Assembly (NCBI RefSeq): GCF_006345805.1
Contig: NC_043000.1
Coordinates: 30,566,001 to 30,630,000 of the forward strand
Length of the DNA: 64,000 nt
Origin: Octopus sinensis
Lineage: Eukaryota
Direction: 5' to 3'
Shown here: piece after piece, positions 27,293 through 40,534 of the stretch
Layout: every line of letters begins with the position of its first letter
Numbering within the stretch: position 1 is the first letter of the stretch
Position numbers and translations under genes: made by a program
The notes under the pieces: generated by a model
What the model was told of the DNA's origin: nothing
Seen by the model: the letters and a program-made list of their open reading frames with translations, nothing else
Databases searched by the model: none

Positions 27293-28090
27293 TATATATA
27301 TATACATATATATAAGAAAACATTCAGACACTGAGATTTTAAATCAGATGTCACTACTGTTCATATCATCTGTGGATAAATTTTAAAATTGATGATATCA
27401 CCAGCAGTGACATAGGTGGATCGCAGGCGCAATAGCATTAAATAGCTATGAGTTATAAATTTGTACGAAGCGTAAGGATGCTTAACAAGCATCCACCTGC
27501 TAGAAGTAAAAGCTAAATTCTTAAATTAATCCACCCTACTGCACCAGATAACAGAGAAAAACAGTATGCGAGGAAAACAGAAAGGATTAAAACATTTAAC
27601 AGCACAAATAAAAATATTATGCAATTAGGGATATATGTATATATATATTATATATATATATATGGGAAATGGTATTGCTAATTATGATTTTAGACTTTTA
27701 CAAAACTTTGAATTAAATGCAATTGACGCTCAACAGAACCAGTTCTTGGTTGAAGTCTGTAAAGGGCGAAAAGACAAGAGAGGGAAATTCCAAATGATCG
27801 CAGTTCTAAGAAAGTGTTCGTTGGATAATGCTTTAGTTACAAGACTTGGACAGTGCTGCAACATATTTTCAGACACTGACACGAGATGTACCCATCCCTA
27901 TGCATTAGACACTTGTGTGTGTTTCTGTAAAGAATCTACGAAGTTTTTTTAGGCCGTATTTAACTGATAATATATGCCATTCCAACTGAATATATTGAGC
28001 GCCTCTTTCTGTCGTTTGCCTACTCATTCCCCTATATATATGTGTGTGTGTGTGTGTTGTGCGTGTGTGTGTATGTGTGCGTGCGTGTGT

Positions 28091-28130
<40 letters not shown>

Positions 28131-28432
28131 GTGCTTGATACTTGTTCTATCGGAAACTTTTGCCGAATTGTTAAGTTATAGGGAGGTAAATACACCAGCA
28201 TCGGTTGTCAACCGCAGTATCACAAACGCACAATGTCACAGTATCACGCACATAGATATAAATATAAACGACGGGCTTCTTTCAGACCCCGTCCAACAAA
28301 TCTACTCACAGGGCTTTGGTCGGCCCCGAGGCAATATAATAGAAGGCACTTGCACAAGGTGCCACGCAGTGGGACTGAAACACGAACCACATGGCTGGGA
28401 AGCAAGCCTCTTACCACATACACACTCAACCA

Positions 28433-28472
<40 letters not shown>

Positions 28473-29461
28473 ATGTATGTATGTATCTATCTATCTATCT
28501 ATCTAACTAATAAAATGATATTAGTTCTGGACCCCTTTTATTTATTCATTTATTCATTTATCTTTTATTTATTCATTTATTTATTTAATTCATAAGCCCT
28601 TGAACTGATTTCTCAGTTTCCGTGTCTTCAGCGTGACCAATATTACAACATTCCGTCTGAACTTCTGTTTCAGGGTTCAAAACCAGTAATTTTGAGTGTA
28701 GATGAGTAGCCTTTCATAGCCATCCCAGGCAACTAATTTATTTTATCGACCCTGAGGGGACGAAACGCAAGGTTGACTTCGACAGGACTTGAACAAAGAA
28801 CGTAACGAACCGGAGAAAATGCCGCTAAACATTTTGCTCAGTGAAATTAACGATTTGCCAGGTCGCCAACTAAAGAACTCTATTCTATATTATGCATCGA
28901 ATAAAATACTTCCCCTATCAATTCTGTAAATGCTTCCCCATTGAACATATACGTATTCACAGTTAAATGATGGCTGTATTTTACGAATGAAAGTAGATCT
29001 TAACTTTTAATGCGTAGAATTTATGTTCTGAGTATTTTTTTTTCTTAAATCTTCTTCGCTACTTTATTCATGATCCGATTAAATGAAATAACTAATTACG
29101 ATTTTTCTTTTAATAGCAAGATGGAATCGTCTCTCTTATTAAGAATAATTTAAACATAAATGTCTTCGTTATTGCTAAAATTGATGAAAATCGATAAAAG
29201 ATGCATGCCACATGTAAAAATATCATGTTACATTCTTCGATATGTGAACGACTGATTCGAAGATCAATAACTGTACTTTAACTACCCTGCAAGTATTATC
29301 ATTTGAGTGGCGAATAATTGTTTAGTGTATGAAGGTAAATCGCAGTGTGATTCTCATTCGGATTTGTCCAGTAGATTGGAAAATATAGAACGGCTAGGGC
29401 GAAATGTATGAGTGTGTGTTCGTGCATATACATGAGCATATATATGTTCATATATATATAT

Positions 29462-29672
29462 ATTCAAAATGTGACCGCGTGTGTACCGTTGGCGATTTTT
29501 CCCTCTGTCTTCCCTTCTCTGGATCTTTCCTTCTCCTATGTTTCCGACGAAGAACTCCGCTCGAAACGTTAAACCCTCCTTCTTTCCTTCTCTCCTGAGC
29601 CAATAATACTATATTTGTTCCACGTCCTCGCGCTGTTGTGTTTTTTTTGTGCTTTCTTGTTTGGATTAACTT
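29462..29672 (+). mobile_element. Penelope-like LTR fragment with degenerate minimal hammerhead (29540-29574)
   Basis: GTTT CCGACGA A GAAC TCC GCTC GAAA CG TT AAAC: stem I GTTT/AAAC, palindromic stem III ACGT, core U4 changed to C; flanked by (TA)n. Confidence 0.65.
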
Positions 29673-30910
29673 TATATATATATATATATATACATACACA
29701 TATATATTCTTTTAGTCTTTTATTTGTTTCAGATATATGACTGCGGCCATGCTGGAGCACAACCTTAACTCGAGTAAATCGCCCCCAAGAATTATTCTTT
29801 GTGGGCCTAGTACTTATTATATGGGTCTCTTTTGCCGAACCACTAAGTTACGGGGACATAAATACACCAGCATCGGTTTTCAGGTGATGTTAGGGGGACA
29901 CACACACAGACACAGACATACACACACATATATACGTGCATTAAGTGGTTACAGTATATTTTAAAAATGTAAAAGAAAATGAAATGTAGGGTAAACACAA
30001 CTTGTATTGAGCCCTCGTTCACCGGATTATGATACACGCACATACACAGGCGCGCATACATGCACATAAGCGCGTGCACTCTTGTCTTGTCACCAATCCA
30101 AGTCTTCCTCTGTCACATTGACTCTAACGATACTCACTCCCGCTACATATCTCTGTAAGTCTTTACATGTATGTCGTTACAATATAAGGATATGTATTTG
30201 ATTCTCATAAAATGTTACAAGTAAATGAGACTAGACGTGTACATTTGCATTCAAATATATATATGTATGTATTGATAAACACACTTATCGATATATCTAT
30301 CTATCTATGTATCTGTCTATCTATCTGTCTGTCTGTCCGTCTATGTTTCTAACACATCTATCTATATATCTTTCTGTCTACATAAAATTGTTCTGTGAGA
30401 GTGTCTGGTGTTTTGGCCCACCATGAAATGGTTTTAAGTGTCTCCTTTTCATTATGTTAAAGCGCTCAGTTTTATGTGAAATCATCTATCACTGTCGAAG
30501 AGGAAACTCTGGTGGTTGTTGATAAATTCAAATACATTAGTAGTACATTCTCCAGTTATGCTACACACGCAGCTGTATTGCTTGCACTAATGTATGTTTG
30601 CTAAACCACATGTACTGTCTGTGAAAGCTGTTAAATATTACCTAGCAAGACAAGGCCACACACATTGAAGTCCTCTCTTGAGCTGATCAACGAAGAGTTT
30701 ACACATTGCTGAAGCGATCGCAGGTGTCCTTCTTTGAATATTTGACAGACGACTACACAAAAGACTACTTACAGTGAACAGATAGAAAACAAGCGCGCAC
30801 AAGTTTGACAGAAAACGCGTTTCACAGATACTCTCAAAACCGTCCCTGAATCGCTTTCAGATCAACCCCTGATTCCTGGGAAATGGAACACAAGATCGCC
30901 CTGCCTAGAA

Positions 30911-31417
30911 ATGAAAGGTTTAGTCCACTTTGAACTTTTAAACCCAAACCAAACAATAAGAAAGGAGATCTACTACGAACAGCTTGAACGGCTTAAGTCG
31001 GTGCTAGAAGAAAAGCGACCATCTTTGGTTGCGGGACGAAAGGTATTCTACCATCAGGATAATGCTCGGCCACATACAGTGAGGATGACATTCCAAAGGC
31101 TTGAGCATTTTGAAAGGGAAACGATGCCCCAACAACCATATTCGCCGGTCATTGACCCATCTGATTATCAGTTATTTCGCAGTCTTCAAAATCATTTGGA
31201 CGGAAAAAATATGAATTCTGTAGACGAGTTCAGAACAGTACCGGAAGAGTATTTTTGGTCACAGACAAGGGAATTTTAGAAGAGGCATTGCAAGTCTACT
31301 AGAAAGATGGAAGAACATTGTAGAAAATGAAGGAGAGGATATTTTAGATTAAAAAAGAAATTAATTTTGAAAAATAAAAGAAGTATAAAAAACAGCATTA
31401 TTTATGGGATGACCCAA
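30911..31417 (+). mobile_element. Mariner (DD34D) transposase 3' remnant with terminal repeat
   Basis: KGLVHFELL...YHQDNARPH...PYSPVIDPSDYQLFRSLQNHLDGK; ends TTTATGGGATGACCCAA|TA. Confidence 0.95.
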
Positions 31418-31557
31418 TAGATGTTTTCTACTCTTTTCTGTCCTTCAACACGAAACTGTATCTTCATTTCGTCTTTGTTCAAATTCCAGGAACAAGAATT
31501 CTTTCCTTGTTAGAAACCTTTTACTTCTTCATTGGAAGGGTTTAATTCACTCTCTCT

Positions 31558-31957
31558 CTTTACTCTTTTACTTGTTTCAGTCATTTGACTGCGGCCATGC
31601 TGGAGCACCGCCTTTAATCGAGCAAATCGACCCCGGGACTTATTCTTTTGTAAGCCCAGTGCTTATTTTATCGGTCTCTTTTGCCGAACCGCTAAGTAAC
31701 GGGGACATAAACACACCAGCATCGGTTGTCAAGCAATGCTAGGGGGACAAACACAGACACACAAACACACACACGCATATATATACATATATACAACGGG
31801 CTTCTTTCAGTTTCCGTCTACCAAATCCACTCACAAGGCTTTGGTCGGCCCGAGGCTATAGTAGAAGACACTTGCCCAAGGTGCCATGCAGTGGGACTGA
31901 ACCCGGAACCATGTGGTTGGTAAACAAGCTACTTACCACACAGCCACTCCTGCGCCT
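31558..31957 (-). mobile_element. SINE family B, full length, low divergence
   Basis: Head GGCGCAGGAGTGGCTGTGTGGTAAG, GGTTCAGTCCC, GGCACCTTGGGCAAGT, tail AAAAGAGTAAAGAG; matches 38388-38887. Confidence 0.92.
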
Positions 31958-32001
31958 AATTATCGAAAATAATAAAATTACTCTTTTCTCATTCACACAC
32001 A

Positions 32002-32045
<44 letters not shown>

Positions 32046-32324
32046 CACATACAGACACTTGTATATATCTATGTCTCGATCGATTTGTCTATCGATCTGA
32101 CCATCCATCTATCTATTTATCTGCGTATCTATCTGTCTGTCTATCTATCTATTTATCTATCTATCTATCTAATAATACACACACAAGCACACACACACTC
32201 ACACGTATGTTTCCATATGTATTTGCTTGTATACACGCATATGTGTATATTTATGAGTGTTTATACTTGTTTCTGTGTATACGTATCAAAGTATATATGT
32301 ATATATACACATACACACACACAA

Positions 32325-32433
<109 letters not shown>

Positions 32434-32559
32434 TGTTTGTATATATATATATATATATATGTGCTTAACAGAGCCTGTTCACGGTGGTTGGTTGGTTACT
32501 GCCTGCAATTAGCTGCAGGCGATCCCCTTACGGCTTACTCATTAATCGCTGCGGGAAAT

Positions 32560-32830
32560 GACAGGGTGTAAAACTGCCAGCAAAACGCAAACTGTTCCAA
32601 GCAGTGGCAGTCCCTTGTGAATTGCATTTGACTGAAGGCAAAACGCTGTCTTGATGGTTTGCCAAAATGACGATAGTTTTCGCCATTTGTGCCTTGTACA
32701 ATCTATAATGAATACTTCTTGCCGTGTACATTTCTCCAAGAGGTCCTGCAGCGTGTAAAAGTGTGTAGCATTGATTCTAGTCAGTTTGAATCACAGATAC
32801 CCTGTGTGAGAAATTTGAGCCAAAAAAATT
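32560..32830 (-). mobile_element. Possible hAT-like transposase remnant
   Basis: DLLEKCTRQEVFIIDCT...QSNAIH.../HCLEQFAF loosely recalls the hAT DxxGQxYD to CxxH region; heavily decayed. Confidence 0.25.
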
Positions 32831-33410
32831 AATCTCAGATCTGCAAGGTTGTCTATTTACAGCGAGTTCAATTTTGGTAACCTGCGAATAGACTTCCCGA
32901 AAACATATTAGGTTGTCATCAAATGCTATCTCAATTAAGGTGATGTTATGACTGCTACTCTGCGTTATTCCAAGAGTATTCTAGAATATCTGTGTTTGGG
33001 ACTATGCGTATGAAACAGCAACACTAAGAAAAAACCCTAAGCTCCACGAGGCTCCAGCAGGTAGTGGTGGTGAACCCCGCTGTACTCTTTCACCACAACT
33101 TTCTCTCACTCTTTCTTCCTACTTCTACCACAAAGCAGAGGAACCATGGTGTAACCCAATATGGTGTGGTAAACTTTCAGACCCTAGTCTAGATTGCGAA
33201 TCTACTGTACCCCAGGATGGTTCAGCTCTCCACCCGTTAAAAGCCACCGTTTACGGAATGAGGATAACAACGTAGCTTTTGCGACCGTGCAACCGCCAGT
33301 CTATCGCGTGTGGTGTGTGTATTTTCAAGTTGCCACAAGCATTCTTAGTAGCTTAGAGTAGACTCGAATTAGAGATTATTCTTTGTGGCTAATGGCGTGA
33401 GTCCTGATTG

Positions 33411-33577
33411 GAAGAAGAAGAAGAAGAAGAAGAAGAAGAAGAAGAAGAAGAAGAAAAGAAGAAGAAGAAGAAGAAGAAGAAGAAGAAGAAGAGAAGAAGA
33501 AGAAGAAGAAGAAGAAGAAGAAGAAGAAGAAGAAGAAGAAGAAGAAGAAGAAGAAGAAGAAGAAGAAGAAGAAGAAG
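33411..33577. repeat. (GAA)n microsatellite, about 165 bp
   Basis: Directly visible pure-purine tract with two phase slips. Confidence 0.98.
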
Positions 33578-34903
33578 ACAGCAACACATCATTGAAGACA
33601 TTTCTCATTATATTTGAAAACAAGAAAAATGTCTCCTCTCGAGCCACAGATTCATGCACGATTACGATTATATGCTTGGGTTCAGGAGGAATTACAACCG
33701 TGTTTCGTGGTCTGCAACTACAACAGCTCGTTTATAGGATCCAGTTAGCTCAAGACATCATCAGGAGGAACCACGTCCGGTTTCGGCCCCTACTTCTCTA
33801 CCGTTTTGACGTGGCGCCCCCCCCCCTTCCGGGGGTGTCTTCAGCTCTGGTGTTGAGTGCATGTCTCCTTTCTTCTTTCTTCTGTTACCTGGCCTCTTCG
33901 ATGTAGCGTCAACGAGTGCCAGCAGGCGATTGACTGTCTTGTCAATTTTTTTCCCTTTAAATACCTACTGCAAGGCTCCAGTAGGCAGCCCCAGCAAGTT
34001 GTCACGTGACACTGTCTCAACTTTAACTGACCAACGAAGGAGCGTAGTCTCAGCCCACGCATTCTCTAAACGATACCGTTATCTGTCAATCAGCGAAGCT
34101 AAGTCAGTGTTAGCTTGTCTCATCTACTGATGTTATCTTCCGCCGGCATTTTATGACTTTCAAAAAGCGACAATTTTCACTGGTTTACTATACTGTTAAT
34201 TCTGGTCTATTATCCAAATATTTAGAGCTGCAACTCTATCACATCTGTTGTTTCTAATGTTAATTTTCTTGTAGCAAATTTTGCTCAGATGATGAGCAAC
34301 AAGTACAACTAGTTGGAAATATGAACCGTTATAACTTTGCTAACGTTGTTTTTCTCTTGGGAACTTCAATTCTACGAATATATTATGATATAAAGCTAAT
34401 ATTTTTGATTAGTGTTAAAATTGGTGCTCTGTAGAAGACCTATTATCAGACGCATTACAACATCTATCCTTTCTCTTTTTCAGGCATAATATCATCACTA
34501 CGGTTACGTTTCCTTAGATGATGTTTTGTTTAGTGCCTTAAAACGTTGTGGCCATTAGATAACATGCATGAGAAAGATTCGACTGTTATTTCTAGCAGAT
34601 ATTTTGACCAATTGAAGGAATTCTTTTGTGACACGTTTTTCGTCAGTTCTTTTCGATTCATTACTATAAGTCTTTGACTTAATTGAAATCCTGAATTAAT
34701 TTTCTTGTCTTTTGGTTATAATCTATAGCTTCTGTATTAATCTAAGCAGTCGGGTAAGAAATATGACGCAAGATAAAGTAATGGAAGTCTTCATATAATT
34801 CAATAATTCTATGGATTATATTTAGAGACGAACCCCAGAGTTATCACGTGGCCATTCATAATATTGCATTGAGTCAAAGGTTTAGCTATATTTCGTAAAA
34901 TTA

Positions 34904-35118
34904 AGGCGATTATCTGGCAGGAACGTTAGTACGCCGGGCGAAATGCTTAGTGGTATTTCGTCTGCTGTTACGTTCTGAGTTCAAATTCTGCCGAGGTCGA
35001 CTTTGCCTTTCACCCTTTCAGGGTCGATAAATTAAGTACCAGTTGCGTACTGGGGTTGATCTAAACTACTGGCCCACTTCTCCCAAATTTCCGGCCATGT
35101 ACCTAGAGTAGAAATGAA
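34904..35118 (+). mobile_element. SINE family A (alternative tail)
   Basis: Family A head and core; TSD ATATTTCGT(A/T)AAATTA. Confidence 0.88.
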
Positions 35119-35139
35119 TATTTCGTTAAATTATACAGC

Positions 35140-35574
35140 AGCTGCAGCGGATGTATGCTATACCGAGCATTAGCTAACACAAAGCGAGCTCTTCGGCAGC
35201 AAGACCACTCAAGACTTCATACCGCTCGAATGACCCGGAATAAACCCCTGGAATTTGAAGAAACCGAACTTATGGCACATCCAGCATATAGATCGAACCT
35301 AGCTCTCTCGGAGGAATATTTGTTCCGATCCATGGCTCATTTCTTGCGCTCGTGGCACTTCATCGACCAAAAGTTGGTGGAAGCTTCATTGAAGTTCCTC
35401 ACCTCGAAGGGCAACAAGTGGTATCGGTATGGGATCAAAGAATTTGCAGGAATCTGGCTTCAGAGGATGTAACATGATGGCTTCTACATTGAATGCAGGC
35501 TACTTCCGTTGTAATTTGACAAATAAAAGCAAATAACTTACCGATATATTGCAAAACTTTTGAGTCAACAAAAT
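35140..35574 (+). mobile_element. Mariner transposase 3' remnant
   Basis: QQDHSRLHTA...HPAYRSNLALSEEYLFRSMAHFL (decayed QDNARPH and YSPDLAPSDYHLF). Confidence 0.85.
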
Positions 35575-35625
35575 AATTTACTAAATTTCCCTTGTATATA
35601 TTTAGATTTAAACGTTTAAATTCTA

Positions 35626-36162
35626 CGAGGGTGAGTCAAAAAGTAATGCCATTTTGTTTAGGACAGGTAAAATTACCAACACAGGAACATGTATCATACA
35701 TCAAAATGAAGCTGATCCTCTGTGGATCGCATACGTATTTCTCAACATAGTCACCGTTTCTGTCAATAGCAATGTTCCACCTTCAAATGAGAGCATATAT
35801 CCCTGCTCCGTATGATTCTGTTGACTGTATTTAAGCCACTGCTTCACTACAGTTTCCACTTCCTCGTCACTGGACTATCATCACTTCGGCCCCGTGAAAG
35901 AGGGTTTGAAAAACAAACATATTTCCAGTGACGAGGAGGTGAAAACTGTAGTGAAGAAGTGGCTCAAAGAACAGTCAACATAATTTTACGTTGCAAGGAT
36001 ATATGCTCTCATTCGAAGATATTGACAGAAACGGTGACTATGTTGAGAAGTAGGAATGTGATTCACAGAGGATCAGCTTCATTTTGATGTATGATACGTG
36101 TTCCTGTGTAGGTAATTATACCTGTCCTAAACAAAACGGCATTACTTTTTGCCTCACCCTCG
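35626..36162. mobile_element. Fold-back mariner MITE with about 250-bp inverted arms and TA TSD
   Basis: TA|CGAGGGTGAGTCAAAAAGTAATGCC ... GGCATTACTTTTTGCCTCACCCTCG|TA; right part encodes DYHHFGPVKEGL...SSDEEVKTVVKKWLKEQ...DRNGDYVEK. Confidence 0.93.
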
Positions 36163-36993
36163 TATAATCTACTGAAAATATATACTTCATCAATATAGAA
36201 TCAAATTCTCACTAACAAATACCTTTGGTAACTCATTATACAAAATACAGGAATCGCCCTTTGCAGTATGAAAGTTGGAATGTAGTTTACAATTTTAAAT
36301 TGAACATTTGTACGGATTTTCAATTTTCTCATGACTTGAAAAAATAAAATGTCTAATGAAAGGAGAAAAATTATTAATATTCGCCAGCACTACTGGATAT
36401 GTCATCTCAATTGATAACAATATAAAATGCCGGGAGACGAAGAGGATGTTACGAATATAATTAATAGTTGTAAAATAGCTGTAATTAGATCGACACGTAC
36501 TTTTTTCTTGCACTCTAGTTCAACATATGCGCCAACGATAAAACGTTTTCGTTTTTATCATCAGCAGTTCTCCAACATTAAATTTAGATATTCATAATAA
36601 TGAACATGATGTGTTCAATGAGAATACAAAAACAAAATGGTAAATATTGAGTCAGGAAACACTCAGGTACCAAAAGATTTTAACTAGCGACATTTTCGGA
36701 TTTATTTTATGTTGCCAAATTTTATATGCGTTTATCTTTCACGTGCTCCAGTCATTGGATTGCAGCCTAGCCTTCAAGTAATGTAATCGAACAAATCGAT
36801 TCCAGTAACTTTTGTTAAGAGTCAGGTACGTATTCAACCGGTCCCTTTTGCCGATAGGCTAAGTTGCATGGACGTAAACAAACCAGCACTGGTTTTCAAG
36901 TGTTAAGAAATAGTCGATATAGACGGACACAAATATACACGTATCAAACACACACTCACACACACACAAGAGCGTGCATATATACATATACAT

Positions 36994-37036
<43 letters not shown>

Positions 37037-37310
37037 CACATATATATATAACTTACTTGGAAATGGTTGCGTGGCGTTCAGTTAAATAATAATATGAATA
37101 ATATATATATATATGTATATATGCACACACGCACACACATATATGCATATATGGGTACAGGACGTCACCAACAGTAAACGACATGAAATACGAAAACAAA
37201 TGAGTTCAATATGCAACGAGAGAATCAAATGGGAAACAGGACAAGTAACATAAAGAACGACCCTTCGTGAGTTGTCGGCTGTGTATCGACATCATGTACC
37301 CATATATGCA

Positions 37311-37342
<32 letters not shown>

Positions 37343-38387
37343 TGTGTGCGTGGGTGTGCGCGTGTGTATATGCATATATATATTATTTGTATTATATTTA
37401 TTTATTTATTTATGCATATACGTATACACACGCACACACACACACACGCACTCACAGACAGACAGACAAGCACACACACATATGTATATATGGAGTGACA
37501 ACACTAAGCATTGACGTATATAAATGCAATCTTGTAACCTGTTCAAATATGGTTGAGGCACTTTCGATCCCGCAGGGAAGCCATTCAGTCTATTTTGTCA
37601 TGTAGAAAATTTCTTTCAACAAATATGGCGTAAATACACCAAGTCAGTTCACAGAAGCCCTAATTGCACTGTTGGATGCATGCATTTCGGAGTAGTTATA
37701 TCCTCTTCAGTGACAGAGCCCGCAAAAACGGATGCTGCGAACCACTAGTACGTATTTCATGTAAATCGAAAGAATGAAATAAATAGATTCGACCTCGAAG
37801 AAATTTGATGTTGATTGGAATATTGATTGTTTTTAATTGACAGCAAACTATATTATATTAATATATCCCTAAGTCCATTAACGATTTTATCGAAGCACAA
37901 CCCTAACCCTATTTGCTGACTAGAATACATATGTCAAAGGATTGTCTCAGAATCAAAAAGTTGGACTGCAACGAGATGGCATTGCAATCAAATGAAATGA
38001 AGTATCATAAAGAATATTTTCCATATTGATGCCTAGTATGTGTATTGTTCCCCAGAATAGCCTACTTCTTTTTTTCCTTTTTCCAATTGATGCTTGATTT
38101 GATTAACTCTTCTTTCAGCTAGGGAAAACTTTTAATTAAATGTATTTTAAATAATTCATACAAAATCATTATATTATCTCATTTGAAATACTTGACAATT
38201 TCTCTGATTATCTATAAAAACTATACACACTATACTGTAATCAATTATAAATAAACAAATTTTAGACATTTACCCGAGAGAGATATATACATTGATTCAA
38301 CTGTACAATATGAGCTTGTAAACTGCACCAGTTACAACAAAAATTGATGTTTTAAACAACGATAACAGCGTTAACCAAAATAGTTAG

Positions 38388-38561
38388 AACAGGAGTGGCT
38401 GTGTGGTAAGTAGCTTGCTTACGAACCACATGGTTCCGGGTTCAGTCCCACTTCGTGGTACCTTGGGCAAGTGTCTTCTACTATAACCTCGTCCCGACCA
38501 AAGCCTTGTGAGTGGATTTGGTAGACGGAAACTGAAAGAAGCTCGTTGTATATATGTATAT

Positions 38562-38594
<33 letters not shown>

Positions 38595-38887
38595 GTATAA
38601 TATATATATATATATATATATACATACATATATATATATGTATGTGTGTGTGTATGTATGTGTATATATGTTTGTGTATCTGTGTTTATACCCCCAACAT
38701 CGCTTGACAACCGGTGCTGGTATGTTTTCGTCCCCGTAACTTAGCAGTTCGGCAAAAGAGACCGATAGAATAAGTACTAGGCTTACAAAGAATAAGTCCT
38801 GGGGTCGATTTGCTCGACTAAAGGCGGTGCTCCATGCTGGAGCACGGCCACAGTCAAATGACTGAAACAAGTAAAAGAGTAAAAGAA
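38388..38887 (+). mobile_element. SINE family B, full length with expanded internal (TA)n
   Basis: Colinear with the reverse complement of 31558-31957. Confidence 0.92.
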
Positions 38888-39294
38888 TTGTAATCAACAG
38901 AATTACTGTCTTTCGTTATTGCGAGGGACGTTATACAACGGAAAACCACTGAGATGACGAGAACTATATGGTTCTGGGTTCAGTCCCACTGCATATCACT
39001 CTGGGCAGGTGTTTTCTACTATGGCCATGGGCGTGCAGAGCCTTGTGAGTATAATTAGTAGACGGAAACTAAACAAAGCCTGGCTTATACATACACACAT
39101 ACACACATTTCGTATCTTTGTGTTTGTGTTCCTCTACCCAAACCGCTTCACAACCGGTGTTGTTTTGTTCACGTTCCCGTAAGGTAGCGTTTCGACAAAA
39201 GAAATCGATAGAATAAGTATAAGGCTTGAAAAAAGAATAAGTATCAGTATCGATTCGCTTGACTGAAAATTCTTCAGCATGAAATAAGTAAACA

Positions 39295-40520
39295 ATGCGT
39301 GCGCGCGTCTTTTGGTATGTTTGTCGCCCATCACTGCTTGACAACCGGGTTCGGTTTGTTTACGTCCTCGTATCTTAACGGTTCGGTTAAGGAAACTAAA
39401 TAGAATTAGTAGGCAGGCTTAAAGGATAAGTACTAGGCTCTATTTTTCCCACTAAACTCTTCAAGTCACTGCTCCGCCATGGCCGCAGAGCAATGACAGA
39501 AACAAATAAAAGGTAAACGATACAATACACAGCATGCAGTGGGATCCAACATGAAGTCACGAGATTCCGAAGTAAACATTTTGATCTCGCAGTCCAAAGA
39601 AAGATGTAAGCTGATACGTGTAATATCTGCACAGTGGTGTATTTTGTAAGAGTTATAAACTAGCATTTTCAGGAAGCAACTGTTATTTAAAGGGAAATCT
39701 TAATATTTCGTTCTTTTTAAGGAATTACTCCAAGCTAACACTATCCACCTACCGTCCACAATTATACGTAATATAGATGGTGGTGAGAGTCATAAACAAG
39801 TACACATCCTTTATCAGTTTGCTCTCATATTTTTTTCGGTAGTTTCTGTAGACAGGAAATAAACAGAATTATGATTTCTTACATCTGGCTGTAACAATCG
39901 TCTACATTTACAAGCTATGTTTTCAAGGAATGTACAAGTCGGCATCAGCAGAGCCTTCAGCTGAGTGTGTCGCAAGAAACCATATTTGTTTTCCTAATCA
40001 ACGGCCTCTACTTTACTATTATCTGTGGGACTTGAAATTTCCTGTCAACCCATCTCATTCCAGCAAACACCAACACCCTTACTAACAACTACAATGTTCT
40101 TCAGGATGATTTGAAGTCTTCTTCATTCTTGATTCTGCGTATTAACGACGTTGTTCATAACTCTTACAAAATACACCACTGCGCAGATGTTACACGTATT
40201 CAGCTTCTATTTTTCTTTGGACTGCATGATCAAAATATTTACTTCGGAATCTCGTGACTTCATGTTCGATCCCACTGTGTGATGTTTACTGTAGATTTTA
40301 CCTTTTATTTGCTTCGATCATTGCTCTGTGGCCATGGCGGAGCAGTCCCTTAAAGAGTTTAGTGGAAAAAGTACAACCTAGTACTTATCCTTTAAACCTG
40401 CTACTAATCCTATTAGTTTCCTTAACCGAACCTTTAAGATACAAGGACGCAAACAAACTGAACCTTGTTGTGAAGCGGTGATGGGCGACAAACATACAAA
40501 AATACACACACGTGCACGCA
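39295..40520. repeat. Inverted duplication, about 360-bp arms (39295-39660, 40152-40520) and about 490-bp spacer
   Basis: e.g. CAGTGGTGTATTTTGTAAGAGTTAT vs ATAACTCTTACAAAATACACCACTG; CATGAAGTCACGAGATTCCGAAGTAAA vs TTTACTTCGGAATCTCGTGACTTCATG. Confidence 0.92.
39860..40110 (-). mobile_element. Possible C-terminal remnant of a Cys-finger DNA transposase (Academ-like)
   Basis: VGVCWNEMG*QEISSPTD...PTCTFLENIACKCR/VTARCK; weak resemblance only. Confidence 0.25.
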
Positions 40521-40534
40521 CACACACACACATA

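Noticed and set aside
27346-27414. Short inverted repeat with TTGATGA/CAGATGA
   Set aside because: GAAA half is missing on both arms; too decayed to call a ribozyme
33385-33906. 173-aa poly-K/R/E ORF
   Set aside because: (GAA)n tract with phase slips
36540-36567. Minus-strand CTGATGA...GAAA
   Set aside because: No stem II or stem I pairing; chance match
37150-37300. Possible Penelope-like LTR fragment
   Set aside because: Core reads CTCACGA with no GAAA; family unconfirmed
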